From Vicugna vicugna (Eukaryota): a stretch of 64,000 nucleotides of DNA. The stretch lies in the NCBI GenBank assembly GCA_013265495.1, contig MU057666.1, forward strand, positions 283,732-347,731, written 5' to 3'. How positions within the stretch are numbered: the stretch's first letter is position 1; each line of letters starts with the position of its first letter. Below, in pieces: positions 38,269 to 52,768 of this stretch. The position numbers and the translations under genes are program-made. A model generated the notes under the pieces. That model ran no database searches. It saw nothing but the letters and a program-made list of their open reading frames with translations, and was not told the DNA's origin.

Positions 38269-40366
38269 GTCTTAACCCTGTTTATGGAGCATAGTAAGTA
38301 CTCAGTAAGTGTTAACTATAGTATTTTTATGGCAGATCTTACATAAAGACTAGATTGTCTCTGTGGTTGCTTTCATAATTGAAACAAATTGTTATCATTT
38401 GTGCTATTTTCCTATTAACACAAACTATCTCTCAAGTGAAATATGAAACTGAAAATTCTCATTGGGAAATTAAATACATCAAAAAAGAGGGTGTAAACAT
38501 TAGGTAGTAAGATAAAAAATCAGAGTGGCAGAGTTTTAGAGTTACTGTCTAAATTATTTCACAGATCATTCATATTTTTCAGTAAGAAGTTAACTTTAAA
38601 ATATATACAAGAAAGCACCCTTGCACTGCTGATTTCTAACTGTTCTGGCATCAAAATCTGCCTGCCTTAGTGGACATGACCCTCAGTATATTTGTCAAAA
38701 CATTTGCTATGCAGTGACCATGCATCTATATCCTGGATAGATGTAAGATTTCCATTGACTTGGAAATATCAAAAAATCTTATTATATTCCAGCACTTCTG
38801 TGATTTCTGAGAACTATTTCTTAGAAACATTGTGCTAAAGTTTTATAACTTCTTATGTGTTTGTATTGCTGTAGAGTGTATAAAAATATTTACATGATCC
38901 TGCAGACATATAAACCTGCAGACAGCTCAGAGTAAACTTTTATACTCTTTTAAAATTTGATGTAACTAACATTCATTAAGAGGCATGAAGTGATCCTGTC
39001 AGGTCTTGGTAACAAGTGTGAGAACAAAGCCAAATACTTTCTGGCTTTGTTCTCTGTGCATTTTATCTATATCTTGGTGCTTCCTAAAAAGACCTAGAAT
39101 GTAAATGGGATGCCCAGCAGCCACTTAGAAGTTCAGAATGTTTTAAAGACAAAGACAGGGGCTTTGATTTATGAGTCAGTTCTTTGCTGGTTCTTCATTG
39201 GAATTTTCAGTGATCCCTGTTCTGTTGTCAGATGACATATACCAGGAGAACTCTCAGTTCACTTAGCCGGATGGTGCAGCCAGGAGACAGAGGGAAGGCC
39301 CAAGCAGATTAAGTGTGGAGCTAGAAGCAGGCATATGATTAGAATGCAAAGCCTCCATTCTCCATCCATATTTCTGATGCTGGGTTGCTCTCTCCAGATG
39401 TTTTGGCAACTCTCAGTTGCCAAAAAGTCTGCATAGAAATAATAATCATTTGTGCTTGCAGCATTCATTAATTACCCTGCATTTTCTCTGAATATCAAAT
39501 ACATGCTCAAGTGAGATGAGGTATAAAATCAGCAGGCAATGCAATCCAATTACCCAAGGAATAATGCCGGTTCACAGTGCAGCAACCGAATGGCTGAACC
39601 TCAGTGCCTCATATACATGTTTTTCTAGTTGCTTCTGTTTTGGAGTTTGGTTTGGTCATCACCTTTAAGGAACCTAATGAATTGCTTGAAACAACATTTG
39701 ACTTATTAAAATTTTACATGTGTTTGTACTTTGAACATAAATCTCATCCATCTTACTCTGAATGTCTCCATTGTAACAATCCTTCCTTGACTTGTCCTGT
39801 GATCCCTCGTACATGACCTCATATTTAATCACTCACACGTTCCTTCTTCTTCTATTTCCATATCCTCTTTCCTCCTCTCTATAATTCTAGCCAGCTTAAC
39901 ATTTATTCCTTAAGTGACAGCGTGCCTCAACATATTTTTCATTGTTTACTGATTCATTTATCCAGCTGAGCTACACAGGGTGTCAGTGAACTGACTGCAA
40001 GATGACAAATGTAATGCTGGCAGGCAAGGCATGGGAAAAATCAAGGGATTATGGGAGGGCATTCTAGATTGTTCAGTTGAGGAGATCTGTGTTACTCAAT
40101 CAGTACCCTTTGCTTTAAAATTGCTCCTGGATTTATACACAGTGACACTTTCCAGAGCCATATGTTTCCATCTGTGCTTATAATTGAAATTTTGATTTTT
40201 TTATTTGAATTATAAACCTATCCCAGCTGGGTTTTCTTGTGTGGCTTCATTCTCGATGGTTGAAATGAGATCAATTTAGTATTATAACAATAATGCACCT
40301 TAAAAATTTTTTGCATTCTTCTTTAGGATAGGTGGCATCATTACATTTTTATTTACTTTTTCCCCT

Positions 40367-43300
40367 TTTATTTATTTATTTATAACATTTATTGATTTAT
40401 NNNNNNNNNNNNNNNNNNNNNNNNNNNNNNNNNNNNNNNNNNNNNNNNNNNNNNNNNNNNNNNNNNNNNNNNNNNNNNNNNNNNNNNNNNNNNNNNNNNN
40501 NNNNNTATATTTCCCTGTGCTATACAGTGTAATCTTGTTTATCTATTCTACAATTTTGAAATCCCAGTCTATCTCTTCCCACCCCCTGCTCCCTTGACAA
40601 TCCCAAGTTGTATTCTATGTCTATGAGTCTATTTCTGTTTTGTATTTATGCTTTGTTTTGTTTGTTTGTTTGTTTCAGATTCCATGTATGAGCGATCTCA
40701 TATGGTGTTTTTCTTTCTCTTTCTGGCTTACTTCACTTAGAATGACATTCTCCAGGAGCATCCATGTTGCTGCAAATGGCATTATGTTGTCAGGTTTTAT
40801 GGCTGAGTAGTATTCCATTGTATAAATATACCACTTCTTCTTTATCCAGTCACCTGTTGATGGACATTTAGGCTGTTTCCATGTTTTGGCTATAGTAAAT
40901 AATGCTGCTATGAACATTGGGGGGCAGGTGTCATCCTGAAGTAGGGTTCACTCTGGATAGATGCCCAGGAGTGGGATTCCTGGGTCATATGGTAAGTCTA
41001 TTACTAGTCTTTTGAGGAATCTCCAAACTGTTTCCCACAGTGGCTGCACCAAACTGCATTCCCACCAGCAGGGAAGGAGGGTTTCCCTTTCTCCACAGCC
41101 TCTCCAGCATTTGTCATTTGTGGATTTTTGAATGATGGCCATTCTGACTGGTGTGAGGTGATACCTCATTGTAGTTTTGATTTGCATTTTTCTGATAATT
41201 AGTGATACTGAGCATTGTTTCATATGTCTTTTGATCATTTGTATGTCTTCCTTAGAGAATTGCTTGTTTAGGTCTTCTGCCCATTTTTGGATTGGGTTGT
41301 TTATTTTTTTCTTATTGAGTCGTATGAGCTGCTTATATATTCTCAAGATCAAGCCTTTGTCGGTTTCATTTGCAAAATTGTTTTCCCATTCCTTAGGTTG
41401 TCTTTTAGTTTTACTTCAGGTTTCCTTTGCTGTGCAGAAGCTTGTAATTTTCATTAGGTCCCATTTGTTTATTCTTGCTTGTATCTCTTCTAGGAGAAAA
41501 TCTTTGAGTTGTATGTCAGATAGTGTTTTGCTTATATTTTCCTCTAGGAGGCTTATTGTATCTTGTCTTATGCTTAAGTCTTTGATCCATTTTGAATTTA
41601 TTTTTATGTATGATGTAAGGGAGTGTTCTAGCTTCATTGTTTTACATGCTGCTGTCCAGTTTTCCCAACACCATTTGCTGAAGAGACTGTCTTTATTCCA
41701 CTGCATATTCTTGCCTCCTTTGTCGAAGATGAGTTGACCAAAAGTTTGTGGGTTCATTTCTGGGCTCTCTATTCTGTTCCATGGGTCTATATGTCTGTTT
41801 TTTGTACCAATACCATGCTGTCCTGGTGACTGTAGCTCTATAGTATTAACTGAAGTCTGAGAAAGTTATTCCCCCAGCCTCTTTCTTTCTCTTCAGTAAT
41901 GCTTTGGCAATTCTAGGTCTTTGATGGTTCCATATAAATTTTATTATGATTTGTTCTAGTTCTGTGAAATATGTCCTGGGTAATTGGATAGGGATTGCAT
42001 TAAATGTGTAGATTGCCTTGGGCAGTGTGACTATTTTAACAATATTGATTCTTCCAATCCAAGAGCATGGGATATTTTTCCATTTTTTTAAAGTCTTCTT
42101 TAATTTCCTTCATCAATGGTTTATAGTTTTCTGTGTATAATTCTTTCACCTCCTTGGTTCATTCGATTTATTGTATTTTATTACTTTGGGTGCTATTTTA
42201 AAGGGGACTGTTTCTTTACTTTCTTTTTCTGTTGATTCATCGTTAGTGTAAGGAAATGCAACAGACTTTTGAACATTAATCTTGTCACCTGCTACCTTGC
42301 TGAATTGTTCAATAGCTCTAGTAGTTTCTTTGTGGACCATTTAGAGTTTTCTATATAAAGCAACATGCCGTTGGCATATAGTGACACTTTTACCTCTTCT
42401 TTTCTAATTTGGATCCCTTTTATTTCTCTCTCTTGCCTGATTGCTGTGGGTAGGACTTCCAAGACTATGTTGAATAGGAGTGGTGAGAGTGGGCAGCCTT
42501 GTCTTGTCCCAGATTTAGTGGGAAGCTTTTGAGTTTTTCACCATTGAGTACTATGCTGGCTGTAGGTTTGTCATATATAGCTTTTATTATATTGAGATAT
42601 GTTCCCTCTGTACCCACTTTGGTGAGAGTTTTTATTATAAATTGGTGTTGAATTTTATCAAATGCTTTTTCTGCATCGATTGAGCTGATCATTTGTCCTT
42701 TCTCTTGTTGATGTGATGTATTACATTGATTGATTTGCATATGTTGAACCACCCTTGTGTCCCTGGGGTGAACCCCACTTGGTCATGATGCATTTTTATG
42801 TGTTNNNNNNNNNNNNNNNNNNNNNNNNNNNNNNNNNNNNNNNNNNNNGCGTCTATGTAGTGATATTGGCCTATAATTCTCTTTTTTTGTAGTGTCTTTG
42901 CCTGGTTTTGGTATCAGGGTGATGGTGGCTTCATAGAGTGAGTCTGGGAGTATTCCCTCCTTTTCAATTGTCTGGAAGAGTTTGAGTAGGACTGGTATGA
43001 GTTCTTCTTTGTATGTTTGGTAGAATTCCCCGGTGAAGCCATCCGGTCCTGGACTTTTATTTGTAGGGAGGTTTTTAATTGATATTTCTATTTCCTTTCT
43101 AGTGATCGGATTGTTCAAGTGTTCAGTTTCTTCTTGATTCAGTTTTGGTGGGCAGTATGTTTCCAGAAACTTGTCCATCTCCTCTAGGTTATCCAGTTTG
43201 TTTCCATCTAGTTTTTCATAATATTCTCATATGGTATTCTGTATTTCTATTTTATTTGTTGTAATTTCTCCATTTTCCTTTCTTATTTTGGTTATTTGTG

Positions 43301-43826
43301 CCTTCTCTTGTTTTCTTCTTTGTGAGTTTAACCAGAGGTTTGTTGATTTTATTTACTTTTTAAAAAAACCAGCTTTTGGTTTGATTGATTTTTTTCTATA
43401 TATATATTTTTTAATCTCTATATTATTTATTTCCTCCCTGATCTTTATAATTTCCTTCCTTCTGTTGCCTTTTGGGGTTTTTTGTTCTTCTTTTTCTAGT
43501 TAATTCAGCTGGTGGGTTAGATTGTTTATTGGAGATTGTTCTTTTTTGAGGAAGGCCTGTATCACTATAAACTTCCCTCTTAGCACTGCCTTTGCTGTGT
43601 CCCATAAATTTCAAGTGGTTGTGCTTTCATTATCATTTGTCTCAAGATATTTTTTAATTTCAGCTTTGATTTCATCATTGTCCCATTTGTTTTTAATAGC
43701 ATATTGTTTAGTCTCCATGCTTTCCTTTTTTTCTCCTTTGTTTCTCTGTTGTGATTTCTAGTTTCATGGCATTGTGGTCAGTAAAGATGCTTGAGATAAT
43801 TTCTATCTTCTTAAAATTGTTGAGGT
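40367..43826 (-). mobile_element. Young 5'-truncated L1 (~3.45 kb; disrupted ORF2 and 3' UTR), same family as 7694-8297
   Basis: Minus-strand ORFs 40675-43614 are L1 ORF2 pieces ([58 protein letters not shown]) with frameshifts and stops. N gaps at 40401-40505 and 42805-42848. Confidence 0.97.
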
Positions 43827-44272
43827 TGCAAAGGGTTCTTTTAAACTAAAGCAAAGAGTCATTTTAAGAAAAAAGATGGTTCATATACATAATTTTGCTC
43901 TGTATTAATCTACTTTTTGCTCTCCATAAATCCAAGTTAATAGGAGTAGTACTCAAAGTAGATGATTTTAAGATTTATATAGAAATATTTTTATGGACAT
44001 GGTAGATACTGCAACTGCTTTTGTTTTATGGGATGATGCTTTATAGGATTTCATGGGAGCTTAGTAGGAACAAAAAGCAAATATAAATGTAGAGTGTATA
44101 TAGGAATTCTGTGTGCAAATAACTGAGTGAAATTTTACAGTCATATTTTGTTTACATAAAGTCAAAACAAAACTAAAAGCTCTGCCTCATGACTCCATTA
44201 AATTTTTGAATTAGACTTTACCTTTTTGGAGATTTACTCAGGATTTTAAGTGGCAAAAACTGATCAACTAAC

Positions 44273-44295
44273 TATATATATATATATATATATAT
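44273..44295. repeat. (TA)n microsatellite
   Basis: Directly visible. Confidence 0.9.
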
Positions 44296-45514
44296 TATAT
44301 TTGACAAAACATTACTTGCTGATATTGATGGTATTTCTAATAATAAATATTACTTTGTAGCTTCTGCAAAGTATTAGATCTGTCATTTTTTTTTGAAATG
44401 ACATATTTTATATGACTCTCTTTCATTTTTGGGGGGGGGAATCAGTAACTATCTGATCACCCATTCATAACCCTAGTGCTTATCTAATTATAATTTTTAT
44501 AATAGTTGTTTTCAGAAAATCTTACAAGTCAATCCTTTCTCATTGGTTTTATTTCCTAGTATCTAAGCAGCCTCCTCCCTTTTCCAGAAGGCTTCCTGCT
44601 GTTCCTTCCAGACCTCTTACTGGGGTGGTCTTCAGACTCCCCTTTTCCAACTTATCTGTTCCTCTTCCAAAGGAAATGCATTTTTTGTCAGCCTGTTCTG
44701 GGAATGGGACCCAGTGCAAAATCAAATATAGGCCCTTCATTAGAAATTATTAATAATTTCACAAAGGTGGCAGTAGATAATTAAGCCAAGTGTGGAGCCC
44801 TTCTAAGCATGGGGCCCTGTGCACCAAACATGTTATGGACTCATGAAACTGGTCTTGACCTTTTCCCTTGGTGGTTATTTCCCCAGAACTTTGCTGCTTT
44901 TTTGATGCGTCCTTACCCTGACTGTATCTTTCTTTCCTGAACTCTGATTCCCTTTTTTTCCTCCCTGTAGTTGTGTAGCCCCAGAGACTCGAGCTGCTGA
45001 GAATCTTACATGCCCTCTTCCTGTTTTCATAGAAGGAAGATCAAAAAGGGCAAATATGTGGGAATTTTTCTTGAAATAATTTTATCATCAAGAATTGCTC
45101 CAAATATTCTTCGTAATAAGTCATATTTGAGAATTGAAGTCATATAAGAATTCTACTATAAAATACTTTATTTTGATTTAGTTTTCTTGGCTCAATATAT
45201 GGTTAATTACTAAAGTATATATCTGTTCAAAGCTTGGTTACATACATGTAAAAATTAGTTTATTTGACAACAGTTTCTATGCATGTGATGGCAGCAGTCC
45301 CTGAGACAATTGTTTAAAAAACAGTGTTAAAATATTAGCCCTTGTTACCATCATTAAAAGGGCAATACCCTCCCTTAGACTTGACACCATTTTAAGGATT
45401 AAAGAGTTTTTAGCTGTGAAAGACCCTCCTCTTTCTGATCTGTGCCCTCATATCCTCTTGGAACCATCTTTTTCCTTAACTACTTTCTATCCTGCTTTGC
45501 TTTACCTGTTTCAG

Positions 45515-45553
45515 AAGTAACAGTAATCTGATAACCCATTAGATGGCCAGAAG
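45515..45553 (+). other. Candidate 39-bp exon containing an ATG (45543)
   Basis: Branch-like ccttaac, long pyrimidine tract, ttcag| acceptor and AAG|GTATGA donor. Stops in all three frames before the ATG, so not an internal coding exon. Confidence 0.4.
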
Positions 45554-48500
45554 GTATGAAATCATCTACTTTGTTTCTCCCATGAGATAAATGGCATTTG
45601 TTATTTTATGCTGGCTGTGCAGATGATCAAATGACATCTAGTTTTTTGGCTCTGTCAAAGGGATACTTGCAATTATGAAAATTATGAATTTTGTTCCAGT
45701 TGAAAAGGAAGATTTGGTGACTAGTATTGGGAGATATGAAGAATATTTCTGAATAGTTTCCTCAAAGTAAAGTTGCATATATACTTAGTTAGGTCATCAC
45801 TTATTTGGCTCATCATTTATTCTTGGACTTACTTTTTGTGATACTACTTTCTCATAGAATGTATGTTTTTAATGGGAGGACAAAAACCTTTTATTTGTAA
45901 TAAATAATATAGTAAGTATACCCTATTGTATGTTATCAATTATAACTATCCATTGCATATTGGACTTATGAATTTTATTTGTTATGTTTTTATGAGTGTT
46001 TGTGACATTATTTTAGTTATTTCAGATTAACTTTTGTGCTTTCCACATAGAACTTTACAAAATATACAACTAAATATGTAAATTTATAAATATATAACCA
46101 ATTTTTCAAAAATTTCAACTCTTATGCTGCTTTTATCTAAGTAATTTAGATGAAATTGTGTATGTGAGTGTGTGTTTTGGAGTTAATTATTTTAGTAGTT
46201 GCTTTAAATCTTCATTTGTTATACTCTTGTGTGTGAACAAATATAGTTCAGAATTTGAGGGTGCACCTGACCTTCCCTAAGATAAGTATTTATATTTTGT
46301 GAAATAGCATACATCTGAAAAAACCATTAAATATGTGTGACTACATTAATATAAATAATATTCATGTATGAAGGATGATAAATTTAAAATTATATGCATA
46401 TCAGAGTGAACAGCTGTATCTATATAGCAAGTAATGAGAGTAAGTTCATTTCTGCATCTGAATATAATTTTAAATTCCCCAAACTAAAATCTATTGAGGA
46501 ACACTTGATAATGGGATAAAAAAATATTTATATAGGTTTTTTGTTTGTTTTCTTTTATGGGTCATGCATAGAATAGATTTGGAACCCAGTGAACATGAAT
46601 GTCTAAAGACAGCGATGAAACATTACAAATAAAAATATTTTACCTACATGTAGTTAGATTGACAAATTATATTTGAGTACCTTATTAGTAGACAGGTTTG
46701 CATAAATATCTTATTAGTAGGCCAACTAAGAATCAAGCTAATTAGATGATTTTATAATCCTTTATGTCTGATCAAATGGTATCACTGAAAATGTACTTGA
46801 AATTTGAAAATGAAATTTAAAATTTTGCCAAGCATTTCGAGTCATAAGAGATACCATTAATCTCATAGGTTTAAGATGTTTAAATTTTTTGGTGAGAACA
46901 CCTTAGTATTCAAAACCATTTTGTTTTAGTAAAACTTGTTATACATGATAAATTTTATAATTAATTTGAAGTGACTTTGGTGATCCAAAAAATTTTATAA
47001 AGTTTTTAAATGACAGTTATTAATCTACTTTAAACATTTTAATAAATTACTGTTCTTATCCTTAAATGAAACCACATGATATGAGATGTTGCTGAGAAAA
47101 ATTAAATTGAAGTGTCTCCAGTGTACAACTATCATTTGAAGATTGAATAAAGGTGGGTTTCATAGTCATAATTTATTGAATAGGTCTATAAATAACAGGA
47201 AAAATTCAGTTACATATAAAAATTACTTCTTCACATTAGCTGCTCCTATGTTTATATTTTGAATGATTCAGCTAAGAGGTGGTGAGAAATATTTATAATA
47301 GCAGGTCATCAGGATAAAATAGGGACAATGCAGTTTAATCACTTTATTTATTTTTTTGAAATGTGCTTAATGGAAAGGATGAATAACTGCCTTGCTTCAA
47401 AATTAAATTCTATTGCCTTGAGTGAAAGATTTGAGTGTTAGCATAACATTCTTTTTATGTGAGTGATGCTGTAGTTTTTGTCATTTTTTGCATTACAATG
47501 CAGGAAATGTTGCTGATTTTTTGTTTCATTTTTAAAGGGCAATGCTATGTTGAAACCAGAGACTGAAGGAAGCTAAAAATCATATTTGTCAAAAACAGCC
47601 TTGACATAGTTTTTGATCACTGACTACTTGTCCTATTTATAGGGCTGTATTTAAAAGTAAGCTAATCTAGTAAGATCAAATATGATTGATGTTTTCCCAT
47701 TTATTGTTTTCTAATGTTTCATCTTTTCATTTTAAGATGGTTATAAGAATCAAGAAATATGGAGTTGAATGCATAGTACTTTTCATTTTCATCATGCTTA
47801 TTTGAAGAGAATTATTTTCTAAATATTCAGCTTGAGTCCTATCAGCATCCACTATAATCAGTAATTTTTAAAATATCAAATGAATTATGAACACTCTTTT
47901 CATCTATGCAAGTGAGATGTTAAATGGTTGTGTGAGGATTTGAATGCTCTGGTCTAGTATATAAGGTAATTATCCAATGTGAAAAACATTCCTGCTTATA
48001 AATTATAAGGACTTGAGAGATTGAAACTTTTACTAAATAATTTCTCAGCTGAACCAAAGGAAGCAAAGTCTAATTGACAACTTATTTTGCCAAGCATTTG
48101 GAAACATAGTGAGTGAGCTTAAATGTTACTGTTCAAAAGCTTAAGAGTATGAATATTTTTGTAGTCTACATTAAAATTCTGAGTTTGGTTTCTTAGAATC
48201 ATGAAAAATAAGAGTAATAACTGTAATTCTTTTAGTTTTCAAACAAGTATTCATCAGTAATTTGTAAATAAAAATAATGCTTTATTTTTATATATCTACA
48301 AATTATACTTCTTTAATATTCCATACATCACAAAGTAATCACTCAAGGTATAGGAAGAGCAAAAAGATTTAGTAAGTGACTTGATTATTTAAACTATTAG
48401 GTACGGAGGCAGTGCAAACAGGTGAAAAATTAGTATAAACAGATCCAATGATTATAACCTTTGGGATTAATGTGGATAAAAAATATCTAATATACTACAA

Positions 48501-51500
48501 CCAGTTATTCTGAATTGAGTGGGTATAGTAAGTTGCACTTACTAGAGTTGTCATTACGTGGAAACTTTATTCCATCATTTGGATCAAGACTGAATCTGAG
48601 CTGAGATAAATGTTGTAATGTCATAGATACCTAAGATATTATACTCCACCTTGAAAAAAAATGATTTTGTGTTTATTGTGGATTAATTCTAGAGGTTACT
48701 GTTTCTAAAATTCAAAACATAGAATTAGTAAAGCTTGATCTATAATTACAATTTACACCAGGCACGAGATACACTTAATTGCAACTGACCTGAATAATGG
48801 AGTGGGATGGAAGTAAGGAAGTTTATTTACTTGAGACACAAAGTGAAAACTATGAAACACAAAGAGGAAAAGGCAGTTTCATTGAGAATAAAATATTCAT
48901 CTTGATAACTTACATAAGACAAAAGATAGAGTGTTTTCTGCACAGAAATTACTTTCTTTGATGAGCTCCATTTATGCATGATGGAGTTTTAAATTTTTGA
49001 AAACCCCCTTGGTTATTTTTTCTTCCTTTCAATTCTTGTGGTTTTAATTTCAGACATAAACAGGTGTAAAATTTTCTTGCTAAAACCTTCTTACTCTGCT
49101 GTAAGTTGAATTTATAACAGGAAAAAAAAAAGCAGAATGCCTTCCAATGACAGTGATTAGGAAATAAGTTTCATGAATTGCACAGTGAACAATGGCTCCA
49201 TTCATTTTGAAGCCACCCTGTGATAAAATGTATCTTTATTTACTTTGCTCATTTTTAAGATTGTTTGTTTAAAGCATATTCTTGAAGGATGCTAAGTATT
49301 GTATCTTCTAACTAGCAGCTTGAGTTTGGAAGCAATTTTGTTTGAGTAAAATCCATTATGTAATGACTTTGGCCTACAAGCTGCATGTTAAGGCTCACAT
49401 ATTTACTTCTTGAGGATAGAAATCTATTTGTTTTACTTAGTAATTTAATGTGGGAAGCATTTTAGAATCTGTAATGGCAAGTGAGGATCTGAATCTTACA
49501 TATTGACTATCACCCTAATCAAAAGAGAAGGGAAAATAGAATATACCTCATATATAGAGACTTGGGTTCCAATAGTAGAACATGAAACTAGAGGGGAGAA
49601 TAGATGTGTGGGTCTCAGTGTGCAAACTTACTTGTCCATCACAGAGTCACCATGCAATCTGACACTATTTGAAGGAGGTTGCTAGTATCAGCCTCACAAA
49701 AGGCTGAGACAAAAGTGTTCAGAAGAAGGAATGTTTATAAGTTGATGTCCATGAGCCAAACTTTCATGGAGTCGGCTTGCATGCAATTGCCTGATGCATT
49801 AGGAGCAAATCTTTAGGGAAACGTACTTAGTGACATAATCATAAACAAAGCTGTATAGAATTACCAAGTGTGGTGAGTAGATACCTACACTGGTAGAATG
49901 ACTTATTAGATCAGAGGGACCCTGAATTTGCTGCCTACTTCAAAATAGTTTGCAAATCTCTCTCAGTGGCTCAGTTCTGCAGTCCTTGATAGCAGGAATC
50001 TTAACTCACAGAGTCAAGACTGTTTTCCCACTTAAAAATCTAACAAAGTCTAGTGATTCAAACATGTTTTTGGAAGTTAAGAAAATGCTAAACAATAAAT
50101 ACACATACTTGCATTTGTTTATATGTATATATACAAATACACAGTCACATTTTTAACTCTCATATAGTTAGATAATTGAAAAATATGTGGATTCATAGCA
50201 GAATAATGCTTAAGAAATCAAAGATTTTAGAATGTCTCTCTACCTTTAAATATGAGACAGTGGTTTTGCCAAACTGATGTATATTTGCCAAATATTTATT
50301 GATTGTTAGTCCTTGGAGATTCAGAGACAACTGTTACCCATTTACAGCCTTAAAAAGCACACAGGTAGCTAAGGTAGAGAAATCAGTCAGATTTTCATAG
50401 CTTAAAATGATAAGTATAAGTATGCGTTGTTATGCAAGTGTACTTTATTCTAAGAAGTAAAAGGAAGGTTTTGAACTTGGTGATGTGGAGTTGCATGTTG
50501 AAGAGTAAATGAGTGAAAGGCTTTGATGGAGTGTGGGGATGTAAGGTGAACAAGACATGGAAATATAAGAAAATCTGAACCTTAAAGATAAGAGGACATG
50601 GAACTCTAGGACAGATAATATGTTAGGTCACAAAACAAGTCTCAGTAATTTTAAGAAGATTCAAATTATATCAGGCATCTTCACTGACTACAGTAGTATG
50701 AAACTAGAAATCAGCTACAAGAAGAAAACAGGAAAGCCCACAAATATGTGGAGATCAAACAACAAGCTACTAAACAACTAATGGATGAACAAAGAAATCA
50801 ATGGAGAAATCAGAAAATACCTTGAGAAAAGTGAAAATGGGAATACAACATAACAAAATATATGAGATTGAGCAAAAGCAGTTCTAAGGGGAAAGCTCAC
50901 AATGATGGATGCGTACATCAAAAAACAAGAAAAATCTCAAATAAAGAATCTAACTTCACACCTAAAGACGGAGGGCGGAGGGGGAACAAAGCCCAAAATT
51001 AGTAGAAAGAGGAAATTAAAAAGATCAGAGTGGAAATAAATAAAACAGAGACCAATAAGACAATAGAAAAGACCAATGAAACTAAGAACTGGTTCTTTGA
51101 AAGGATAAACAAGATTGGCAAACCTTTAGCTAGACTTACTTCAAATTAGTAAAACTCAGAATTGAAAGAGGAGAATTTACAACTGATACCAAAGAAATAC
51201 AAAAGATTATAAGATACTATTATGAACAATTATACACCAATAAATTGGACAATCTTTGAGAAATAGATAAATTTCTAGAAAACACAGTCTTTCAAAACTG
51301 AACCATGAATATATAGAAACTTTGATTAGACCAATTTACTAGTAAGTAGATTAAATTAATAGTCAGAAGCCTCCTAACAATAAAAAATCTGGGACCAGAC
51401 AGCTTTACTGGTAAATCCTGCAAATTATTCAAGGGTGATTTAGTGTTATCCTTCTCAAAATCTTCCAGAAAATGAAGAGAAAAGAATGTCTCCAATTAAT

Positions 51501-51748
51501 TTTAAAAGACCAGCATTTCCTTGATACCAAAATGAGACAATTACACCTCACACAAAACAATTATAGGCCCATATCTCTAACAAACGTAAGTGCCGAAATC
51601 CTCAGCAGTATATTAACAAAGCAAATTCAACAGTACATTAAACGGATCATGCACCATGATCAAGTGGGATGTACTCAGGGACACAAGGATGGTTCAGCAT
51701 TTGCAAGTAATTCAGTGTGATACACCACATTAACAAATGAAGGTTAAG

Positions 51749-51991
51749 GGGTTGGGAAGGGACAAACTGGGATTTCAAAATGTAGAACAGATAAACAAGA
51801 TTATACTGTATAGCACAGGGAAATATATACAAGATCTTATGGTAGCTCACAGAGAAAAAATGTGACAAGGAATATATATATGTTCATGTATAAATGAAAA
51901 ATTGTGCTCTGCACTGGAATTTGACACAACATTGTAAAATGATTAAAATGTAAAAAACTCAAAAAATGTTAAAAAAACAAAAAACAAAAAT
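51749..51991 (+). mobile_element. Young L1 3' UTR stub nested in the old L1
   Basis: Homologous to ~8070-8297; A-rich tail; 14-bp TSD aaatgaaggt(t/c)aag at 51735-51748 and 51992-52005. Confidence 0.92.
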
Positions 51992-52768
51992 AAATGAAGG
52001 TCAAGTCATATTATCACCTGAATAGTTGCAGAAAAAGCATTTGACAAAATTCAGCACCTATTCATGATAAAAAGCAAAACAAAACTCTCAATAAAGTGGA
52101 TATAGACAGAATATACATCAACGTAATAAAAATCATATATCACAAGCCCATAGATAACATCATACTCAACAGTGGAAAGTTGAAATCTTTCCCTCTAAGA
52201 TCAGGAACAAGACAAGGATTCCTGCTCTTGCCACTTTTACTCAATGTAGTATTGGAAATGCTATCCAGAACAGTTAGGCAAGAAAAAGAAAAGTCAGCCA
52301 AATTGGAAATGACAAAGTAAAACCATCACTGTTTGCAGACAACATGATTTTATATATAGAAAACCCTAAAAACTTCACCCCAAAAACCATCAAAGCTAAT
52401 AAACAAATTCAGCAAAGTTGCAGGGTACAAAGTCAATATACATCTATCTGTTGTGTTTTTATATAACAACAAACTATTGGAAAAAAGAATTAAGAAAACA
52501 GCTCTATTCACAATTACATCAAAAAGAGTAATACCTATGAATAAATTTAACCAAGGAGGTGAAGTCCTGTGCACTGAAAACTGTAAGATATTGGTGAAAT
52601 AAATTGAAGATTACACAAATAAATGGAAAGATACTGTGCTCATGAATTAGAGTGATTAATATGGTTAAAAAGCCCATTTTACCCAAAACAATCTACAGAT
52701 TCAGTGTAATCCCTGTAGTAATTCCAATGTCATTTTTCACAGATATAGGGCAAACAATCCTAAAATTT

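Noticed and set aside
40675..43761. Largest ORFs in the window, including the 186-aa + strand ORF
   Set aside because: Broken L1 ORF2 fragments or their antisense shadows; not host genes and not an intact reverse transcriptase.
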